Positions 1 to 9,720 of a DNA stretch of 64,000 nt are shown here, piece by piece. The stretch is from Gordius albopunctatus (taxonomy: Eukaryota), in NCBI GenBank assembly GCA_964276515.1, contig OZ193910.1, forward strand, positions 8,246,001 through 8,310,000, in the 5' to 3' direction. Each line of letters starts with the position of its first letter. The first letter of the stretch is position 1. The position numbers were made by a program, and so were the translations under genes. The notes under the pieces were generated by a model. It ran no database searches, was not told the DNA's origin, and saw nothing but the letters and a program-made list of their open reading frames with translations.

Positions 1-106
1 TTCAGACGTGATTTCCATGATAAAAAGTTAAAATTTATCAGAATTAGAGAACCATTACTTTTAAATCATCATCGCATAGAGCATGTTTCAAAAATTAAGC
101 ACTAAC

Positions 107-133
107 GTTGCGATACAACTAACTAATCGCAAC
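107..133. other. 8-bp perfect inverted repeat gttgcgat-N11-atcgcaac, present in most monomers
   Basis: gttgcgat at 107-114 is the reverse complement of atcgcaac at 126-133. Direct repeats taacgttg lie at 103-110 and 138-145. Confidence 0.9.
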
Positions 134-268
134 AATATAACGTTGTATTTTCTCAAAATGATTGTTCTCGCAGCTTAAAACTTCTTATAAGGAGTCGATC
201 GAGATTAATAGGATTCTCAAATGATCTTACTTTTATATATTTTTTCAAGCTCTTTTACATAAAATAAC

Positions 269-284
269 AAAAAATATATTTTTT
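269..284. other. 16-bp perfect A/T palindrome aaaaaatatatttttt
   Basis: Read directly at 269-284. It is present in many monomers and replaced by aaaaaatatattgtt or aaaataaattttttt in others. Confidence 0.85.
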
Positions 285-3154
285 CAGGTTATAATAATTC
301 ACAATTTTTTCCTTTCAACCATATTCAACCGATGAAAGTTGTTATTTTCAGACGTGATTTCCATGATAAAAAGTTAAAATTTATCAGAATTAGAGAACCA
401 TTACTTTTAAATCATCATCGCATAGAGCATGTTTCAAAAATTAAGCACTAATGTTGCGATACAACTAACTAATCGCAACAATATAACGTTGTCTTTTCTC
501 AAAATGATTGTTCTCGCAGCTTAAAACTTCTTATAAGGAGTCGATCGAGATTAATAGGATTCTCAAATCAGCTTACTTTTATATATTTTTTCAAGCTCTT
601 TTACATAAAATAACAAAAAATATATTGTTCAGGTTAAAATAATTCACAATTTTTTCCTTTCAACCATATTCAACTGATAAGAGTTGTTATTTTCAGACGT
701 GATTTCCATGATAAAAAGTCAAAATTTATCAGAATTAGAGAACTATTACTTTTAAATCATCATCGCATAGAGCATGTTTCAAAAATTAAGCACTAACGTT
801 GCGATACAACTAATCGCAACAATATAACGTTGTCTTTTCTCAAAATGATTGTTCTCGCAGCTTAAAACTTCTTATAAGGAGTCGATCGAGATTAATAGGA
901 TTCTCAAATGATCTTACTTTTATATATTTTTTCAAGCTCTTTTACATAAAATAACAAAAAATATATTTTTTCAGGTTATAATAATTCACAATTTTTTCCT
1001 TTCAACCATATTCAACCGATGAAAGTTGTTATTTTCAGACGTGATTTCCATGATAAAAAGTCAAAATTTATCAGAATTAGAGAACTGTTACTTTTAAATC
1101 ATCATCGCATAGAGCATGTTTCAAAAATTAAGCACTAACGTTGCGATACAACAAACTAATCGCAACAAAATAACGTTGTCTTTTCTCAAAATGATTGTTC
1201 TCGCAGCTTAAAACTTCTTTCTTAAGTCAATCGAGCATAAAAGGTTTCTCAAATTGGCTTACTTTAATATATTTTTTCAAGCTCCTTTACATAAAATAAC
1301 AAAAAATATATTTTTTCAGGATAAAATAATTCACAATTTTTTCCTTTCAACCATATTCAACTGATGAAAGTTGTTATTTTCAGACGTGATTTCCATGATA
1401 AAAAGTCAAAATTTATCAGAATTAGAGAACTATTACTTTTAAATCATCATCGCATAGAGCATGTTTCAAAAATGGAGCACTAACGTTGCGATACAACTAA
1501 TCGCAACAATATAACGTTGTCTTTTCTCAAAATGATTGTTCTCGCAGCTTAAAACTTCTTATAAGGAGTCGATCGAGATTAATAGGATTCTCAAATGAGC
1601 TTACTTTTATATATTTTTTCAAGCTCTTTTACATAAAATAACAAAAAATATATTGTTCAGGTTAAAATAATTCACAATTTTTTCCTTTCGGCCATATTCA
1701 ACCGATGAAAGTTGTTATTTTCAGACGTGATTTCCATGATAAAAAGTCAAAATTTATCAGAATTAGAGAACTGTTACTTTTAAATCATCATCGCATAGAG
1801 CATGTTTCAAAAATTAAGCCCTAACGTTGCGATACAACAAACTAATCGCAACAAAATAACGTTGTCTTTTCTCAAAATGATTGTTCTCGCAGCTTAAAAC
1901 TTCTTTCTTAAGTCAATCGAGCATAAAAGGTTTCTCAAATTGGCTTACTTTAATATATTTTTTCAAGCTCTTTTACATAAAATAACAAAAAATATATTTT
2001 TTCAGGATAAAATAATTCACAATTTTTTCCTTTCAACCATATTCAACTGATGAAAGTTGTTATTTTCAGACGTGATTTCCATGATAAAAAGTTAAAATTT
2101 ATCAGAATTAGAGAACCATTACTTTTAAATCATCATCGCATAGAGCATGTTTCAAAAATTAAGCACTAACGTTGGGATACAACTAACTAATCGCAACAAA
2201 ATAACGTTGTCTTTTCTCAAAATGATTGTTCTCGCAGCTTAAAACTTCTTTCTTAAGTCAATTGAGCATAAAAGGTTTCTCAAATTGGCTTACTTTAATA
2301 TATTTTTTCAAGCTCTTTTACATAAAATAACAAAAAATATATTTTTTCAGGATAAAATAATTCACAATTTTTTCCTTTCAACCATATTCAACTGATGAAA
2401 GTTGTTATTTTCAGACGTGATTTCCATGATAAAAAGTTAAAATTTATCAGAATTAGAGAACCATTACTTTTAAATCATCATCGCATAGAGCATGTTTCAA
2501 AAATTAAGCACTAACGTTGCGATACAACTAACTAATCGCAACAATATAACGTTGTATTTTTTCAAAATGATTGTTCTCGCAGCTTAAAACTTCTTATAAG
2601 GAGTCGATCGAGATTAATAGGATTCTCAAATGATCTTACTTTTATATATTTTTTCAAGCTCTTTTACATAAAATAACAAAAAATATATTTTTTCAGGTTA
2701 TAATAATTCACAATTTTTTCCTTTCAACCATATTCAACCGATGAAAGTTGTTATTTTCAGACGTGATTTCCATGATAAAAAGTTAAAATTTATCAGAATT
2801 AGAGAACTATTACTTTTAAATCATCATCGCATAGAGCATGTTTCAAAAATTAAGCACTCACGTTGCGATACAACAAACTAATCGCAACAAGATAACGTTG
2901 TCTTTTCGCAAAATGATAGTTCTCGCAGCTTGAAACATCTTATAAGGAGTCGATCGAGATTAATAGGATTCTCAAATGATCTTACTTTTATATATTTTTT
3001 CAAGCTCTTTTACATAAAATAACAAAAAATATATTTTTTCAGGTTATAATAATTCACAATTTTTTCCTTTCAACCATATTCAACCGATGAAAGTTGTTAT
3101 TTTCAGACGTGATTTCCATGATAAAAAGTTAAAATTTATCAGAATTAGAGAACT

Positions 3155-6100
3155 ATTACTTTTAAATCATCATCGCATAGAGCATGTTTCAAAAATTAAG
3201 CACTAACGTTGCGATACAACTAACTAATCGCAACAAAATAACGTTGTCTTTTCTCAAAATGATTGTTCTCGCAGCTTAAAACTTCTTTCTTAAGTCAATC
3301 GAGCATAAAAGGTTTCTCAAATTAGCTTACTTTTATATATTTTATCAAGCTCTTTTACATAAAATAACAAAAAATATATTTTTTAGGTTAAAATAATTCA
3401 CAATTTTTTCCTTTCAACCATATTCAACCGATAAAAGTTGTTATTTTCAGACGTGATTTCCATGATAAAAAGTTAAAATTTATCAGAATTAGAGAACCAT
3501 TACTTTTAAATCATCATCGCATAGAGCATGTTTCAAAAATTAAGCACTAACGTTGCGATACAACTAACTAATCGAAACAATATAACGTTGTATTTTCTCA
3601 AAATGATTGTTCTCGCAGCTTAAAACTTCTTTCTGAAGTCGATCGAGATTAATAGGATTCTCAAATGAGCTTACTTTTATATATTTTTTCAAGCTCTTTT
3701 ACATAAAATAACAAAAAATATATTTTTTCAGGTTATAATAATTCACAATTTTTTCCTTTCAACCATATTCAACCGATGAAAGTTGTTATTTTCAGACGTG
3801 ATTTCCATGATAAAAAGTTAAAATTTATCAGAATTAGAGAACTATTACTTTTAAATCATCATCGCATAGAGCATGTTTCAAAAATTAAGCACTCACGTTG
3901 CGATACAACAAACTAATCGCAACAAGATAACGTTGTCTTTTCGCAAAATGATAGTTCTCGCAGCTTGAAACATCTTATAAGGAGTCGATCGAGAATAATA
4001 GGATTCTCAAATTAGCTTACTTTTATATATTTTATCAAGCTCTTTTACATAAAATAACAAAAAATATATTTTTTAGGTTAAAATAATTCACAATTTTTTC
4101 CTTTCAACCATATTCAACCGATAAATGTTGTTATTTTTAGACGTGATTTCCATGATAAAAAGTCAAAATTTATCAGAATTAGAGAACTGTTACTTTTAAA
4201 TCATCATCGCATAGAGCATGTTTCAAAAATTAAGGACTAACGTTGCGATACAACAAACTAATCGCAACAAAATAACGTTGTCTTTTCTCAAAATGATTGT
4301 TCTCGCAGCTTAAAACTTCTTTCTTAAGTCAATCGAGCATAAAAGGTTTCTCAAATTGGCTTACTTTAATATATTTTTTCAAGCTCTTTTACATAAAATA
4401 ACAAAAAATATATTTTTTCAGGATAAAATAATTCACAATTTTTTCCTTTCAACCATATTCAACTGATGAAAGTTGTTATTTTCAGACCTGATTTCCATGA
4501 TAAAAAGTTAAAATTTATCAGAATTAGAGAACCATTACTTTTAAATCATCATCGCATAGAGCATGTTTCAAAAATTAAGCACTAACGTTGCGATACAACT
4601 AACTAATCGCAACAAAATAACGTTGTCTTTTCTCAAAATGATTGTTCTCGCAGCTTAAAACTTCTTTCTTAAGTCAATCGAGCATAAAAGGTTTCTCAAA
4701 TTAGCTTACTTTTATATATTTTATCAAGCTCTTTTACATAAAATAACAAAAAATATATTTTTTAGGTTAAAATAATTCACAATTTTTTCCTTTCAACCAT
4801 ATTCAACCGATAAAAGTTGTTATTTTCAGACGTGATTTCCATGATAAAAAGTTAAAATTTATCAGAATTAGAGAACCATTACTTTTAAATCATCATCGCA
4901 TAGAGCATGTTTCAAAAATTAAGCACTAACGTTGCGATACAACTAACTAATCGAAACAATATAACGTTGTATTTTCTCAAAATGATTGTTCTCGCAGCTT
5001 AAAACTTCTTTCTGAAGTCGATCGAGATTAATAGGATTCTCAAATGAGCTTACTTTTATATATTTTTTCAAGCTCTTTTACATAAAATAACAAAAAATAT
5101 ATTTTTTCAGGTTATAATAATTCACAATTTTTTCCTTTCAACCATATTCAACCGATGAAAGTTGTTATTTTCAGACGTGATTTCCATGATAAAAAGTTAA
5201 AATTTATCAGAATTAGAGAACTATTACTTTTAAATCATCATCGCATAGAGCATGTTTCAAAAATTAAGCACTCACGTTGCGATACAACAAACTAATCGCA
5301 ACAAGATAACGTTGTCTTTTCGCAAAATGATAGTTCTCGCAGCTTGAAACATCTTATAAGGAGTCGATCGAGAATAATAGGATTCTCAAATTAGCTTACT
5401 TTTATATATTTTATCAAGCTCTTTTACATAAAATAACAAAAAATATATTTTTTAGGTTAAAATAATTCACAATTTTTTCCTTTCAACCATATTCAACCGA
5501 TAAATGTTGTTATTTTTAGACGTGATTTCCATGATAAAAAGTCAAAATTTATCAGAATTAGAGAACTGTTACTTTTAAATCATCATCGCATAGAGCATGT
5601 TTCAAAAATTAAGGACTAACGTTGCGATACAACAAACTAATCGCAACAAAATAACGTTGTCTTTTCTCAAAATGATTGTTCTCGCAGCTTAAAACTTCTT
5701 TCTTAAGTCAATCGAGCATAAAAGGTTTCTCAAATTGGCTTACTTTAATATATTTTTTCAAGCTCTTTTACATAAAATAACAAAAAATATATTTTTTCAG
5801 GATAAAATAATTCACAATTTTTTCCTTTCAACCATATTCAACTGATGAAAGTTGTTATTTTCAGACCTGATTTCCATGATAAAAAGTTAAAATTTATCAG
5901 AATTAGAGAACCATTACTTTTAAATCATCATCGCATAGAGCATGTTTCAAAAATTAAGCACTAACGTTGCGATACAACTAACTAATCGCAACAAAATAAC
6001 GTTGTCTTTTCTCAAAATGATTGTTCTCGCAGCTTAAAACTTCTTTCTTAAGTCAATCGAGCATAAAAGGTTTCTCAAATTAGCTTACTTTTATATATTT

Positions 6101-7348
6101 TATCAAGCTCTTTTACATAAAATAACAAAAAATATATTTTTTAGGTTAAAATAATTCACAATTTTTTCCTTTCAACCATATTCAACCGATAAAAGTTGTT
6201 ATTTTCAGACGTGATTTCCATGATAAAAAGTTAAAATTTATCAGAATTAGAGAACCATTACTTTTAAATCATCATCGCATAGAGCATGTTTCAAAAATTA
6301 AGCACTAACGTTGCGATACAACTAACTAATCGAAACAATATAACGTTGTATTTTCTCAAAATGATTGTTCTCGCAGCTTAAAACTTCTTTCTGAAGTCGA
6401 TCGAGATTAATAGGATTCTCAAATGAGCTTACTTTTATATATTTTTTCAAGCTCTTTTACATAAAATAACAAAAAATATATTTTTTCAGGTTATAATAAT
6501 TCACAATTTTTTCCTTTCAACCATATTCAACCGATGAAAGTTGTTATTTTCAGACGTGATTTCCATGATAAAAAGTTAAAATTTATCAGAATTAGAGAAC
6601 TATTACTTTTAAATCATCATCGCATAGAGCATGTTTCAAAAATTAAGCACTCACGTTGCGATACAACAAACTAATCGCAACAAGATAACGTTGTCTTTTC
6701 GCAAAATGATAGTTCTCGCAGCTTGAAACATCTTATAAGGAGTCGATCGAGAATAATAGGATTCTCAAATTAGCTTACTTTTATATATTTTATCAAGCTC
6801 TTTTACATAAAATAACAAAAAATATATTTTTTAGGTTAAAATAATTCACAATTTTTTCCTTTCAACCATATTCAACCGATAAATGTTGTTATTTTTAGAC
6901 GTGATTTCCATGATAAAAAGTCAAAATTTATCAGAATTAGAGAACTGTTACTTTTAAATCATCATCGCATAGAGCATGTTTCAAAAATTAAGGACTAACG
7001 TTGCGATACAACAAACTAATCGCAACAAAATAACGTTGTCTTTTCTCAAAATGATTGTTCTCGCAGCTTAAAACTTCTTTCTTAAGTCAATCGAGCATAA
7101 AAGGTTTCTCAAATTGGCTTACTTTAATATATTTTTTCAAGCTCTTTTACATAAAATAACAAAAAATATATTTTTTCAGGATAAAATAATTCACAATTTT
7201 TTCCTTTCAACCATATTCAACTGATGAAAGTTGTTATTTTCAGACCTGATTTCCATGATAAAAAGTTAAAATTTATCAGAATTAGAGAACCATTACTTTT
7301 AAATCATCATCGCATAGAGCATGTTTCAAAAATTAAGCACTAACGTTG
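3155..7348. repeat. 4-monomer higher-order repeat, 1379-bp period, about 3 copies
   Basis: Markers cgaaac, ctcacg, aaggactaac and gacctga recur every 1379 bp (gacctga near 4485, 5864, 7243). The repeat ends at the gttggga variant near 7349. Confidence 0.9.
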
Positions 7349-8276
7349 GGATACAACTAACTAATCGCAACAAAATAACGTTGTCTTTTCTCAAAATGAT
7401 TGTTCTCGCAGCTTAAAACTTCTTTCTTAAGTCAATTGAGCATAAAAGGTTTCTCAAATTGGCTTACTTTAATATATTTTTTCAAGCTCTTTTACATAAA
7501 ATAACAAAAAATATATTTTTTCAGGATAAAATAATTCACAATTTTTTCCTTTCAACCATATTCAACTGATGAAAGTTGTTATTTTCAGACGTGATTTCCA
7601 TGATAAAAAGTTAAAATTTATCAGAATTAGAGAACCATTACTTTTAAATCATCATCGCATAGAGCATGTTTCAAAAATTAAGCACTAACGTTGCGATACA
7701 ACTAACTAATCGCAACAATATAACGTTGTATTTTCTCAAAATGATTGTTCTCGCAGCTTAAAACTTCTTATAAGGAGTCGATCGAGATTAATAGGATTCT
7801 CAAATGATCTTACTTTTATATATTTTTTCAAGCTCTTTTACATAAAATAACAAAAATTATATTTTTTCAGGTTATAATAATTCACAATTTTTTCCTTTCA
7901 ACCATATTCAACCGATGAAAGTTGTTATTTTCAGACGTGATTTCCATGATAAAAAGTTAAAATTTATCAGAATTAGAGAACTATTACTTTTAAATCATCA
8001 TCGCATAGAGCATGTTTCAAAAATTAAGCACTCACGTTGCGATACAACAAACTAATCGCAACAAGATAACGTTGTCTTTTCGCAAAATGATAGTTCTCGC
8101 AGCTTGAAACATCTTATAAGGAGTCGATCGAGATTAATAGGATTCTCAAATGATCTTACTTTTATATATTTTTTCAAGCTCTTTTACATAAAATAACAAA
8201 AAATATATTTTTTCAGGTTATAATAATTCACAATTTTTTCCATTCAACCATATTCAACCGATGAAAGTTGTTATTT

Positions 8277-9720
8277 TCAGACGTGATTTCCATGATAAAA
8301 AGTTAAAATTTATCAGAATTAGAGAACTATTACTTTTAAATCATCATCGCATAGAGCATGTTTCAAAAATTAAGCACTAACGTTGCGATACAACTAACTA
8401 ATCGCAACAAAATAACGTTGTCTTTTCTCAAAATGATTGTTCTCGCAGCTTAAAACTTCTTTCTTAAGTCAATCGAGCATAAAAGGTTTCTCAAATTAGC
8501 TTACTTTTATATATTTTATCAAGCTCTTTTACATAAAATAACAAAAAATATATTTTTTAGGTTAAAATAATTCACAATTTTTTCCTTTCAACCATATTCA
8601 ACCGATAAAAGTTGTTATTTTCAGACGTGATTTCCATGATAAAAAGTTAAAATTTATCAGAATTAGAGAACCATTACTTTTAAATCATCATCGCATAGAG
8701 CATGTTTCAAAAATTAAGCACTAACGTTGCGATACAACTAACTAATCGAAACAATATAACGTTGTATTTTCTCAAAATGATTGTTCTCGCAGCTTAAAAC
8801 TTCTTTCTGAAGTCGATCGAGATTAATAGGATTCTCAAATGAGCTTACTTTTATATATTTTTTCAAGCTCTTTTACATAAAATAACAAAAAATATATTTT
8901 TTCAGGTTATAATAATTCACAATTTTTTCCTTTCAACCATATTCAACCGATGAAAGTTGTTATTTTCAGACGTGATTTCCATGATAAAAAGTTAAAATTT
9001 ATCAGAATTAGAGAACTATTACTTTTAAATCATCATCGCATAGAGCATGTTTCAAAAATTAAGCACTAACGTTGCGATACAACTAACTAATCGCAACAAA
9101 ATAACGTTGTCTTTTCTCAAAATGATTGTTCTCGCAGCTTAAAACTTCTTTCTTAAGTCAATCGAGCATAAAAGGTTTCTCAAATTAGCTTACTTTTATA
9201 TATTTTATCAAGCTCTTTTACATAAAATAACAAAAAATATATTTTTTAGGTTAAAATAATTCACAATTTTTTCCTTTCAACCATATTCAACCGATAAAAG
9301 TTGTTATTTTCAGACGTGATTTCCATGATAAAAAGTTAAAATTTATCAGAATTAGAGAACCATTACTTTTAAATCATCATCGCATAGAGCATGTTTCAAA
9401 AATTAAGCACTAACGTTGCGATACAACTAACTAATCGAAACAATATAACGTTGTATTTTCTCAAAATGATTGTTCTCGCAGCTTAAAACTTCTTTCTGAA
9501 GTCGATCGAGATTAATAGGATTCTCAAATGAGCTTACTTTTATATATTTTTTCAAGCTCTTTTACATAAAATAACAAAAAATATATTTTTTCAGGTTATA
9601 ATAATTCACAATTTTTTCCTTTCAACCATATTCAACCGATGAAAGTTGTTATTTTCAGACGTGATTTCCATGATAAAAAGTTAAAATTTATCAGAATTAG
9701 AGAACTATTACTTTTAAATC
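8277..9720. repeat. 2-monomer tandem duplication, 689-bp period
   Basis: A monomer pair (aactatt/ttagc/ttatcaagc type, then cgaaac/tctgaag type) occurs at ~8277 and again at ~8966. Confidence 0.8.

Larger units (their letters stand above)
1..346 (+). repeat. Representative monomer (346 bp, 'A' allele of the dimorphic block)
   Basis: Runs from ttcagacgtg at 1 to the next ttcagacgtg at 347. The phase is arbitrary, set by the window start. Confidence 0.97.

Noticed and set aside
186..195. Shine-Dalgarno-like taaggag and -10-like tataat (~290) motifs
   Set aside because: No downstream ORF, and such matches are expected by chance in AT-rich satellite DNA.
1..346. Monomer as a dimer of two ~173-bp subunits
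   Set aside because: I saw no convincing homology between the halves, only short recurring words such as ttctcaaa and ttcaacc. A self-alignment would be needed to exclude an ancient dimer.
1..346. Assignment to a named family (e.g. ~340-360-bp beetle or Drosophila 1.688-type satellites), or to an rDNA/5S/snRNA repeat
   Set aside because: Only length and AT content are similar. I recognise no sequence identity or RNA gene motif, so a database search is required.
261..348. MITE or transposon with terminal inverted repeats aaaataacaa/ttgttatttt
   Set aside because: The 10-bp low-complexity IR has no target-site duplication and no element boundaries, and it is simply part of the monomer.
1686..1703. 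CENP-B box-like motif at ttcggccatattcaac
   Set aside because: It matches only the TTCG part and lacks the A..CGGG of the TTCGNNNNANNCGGG core.
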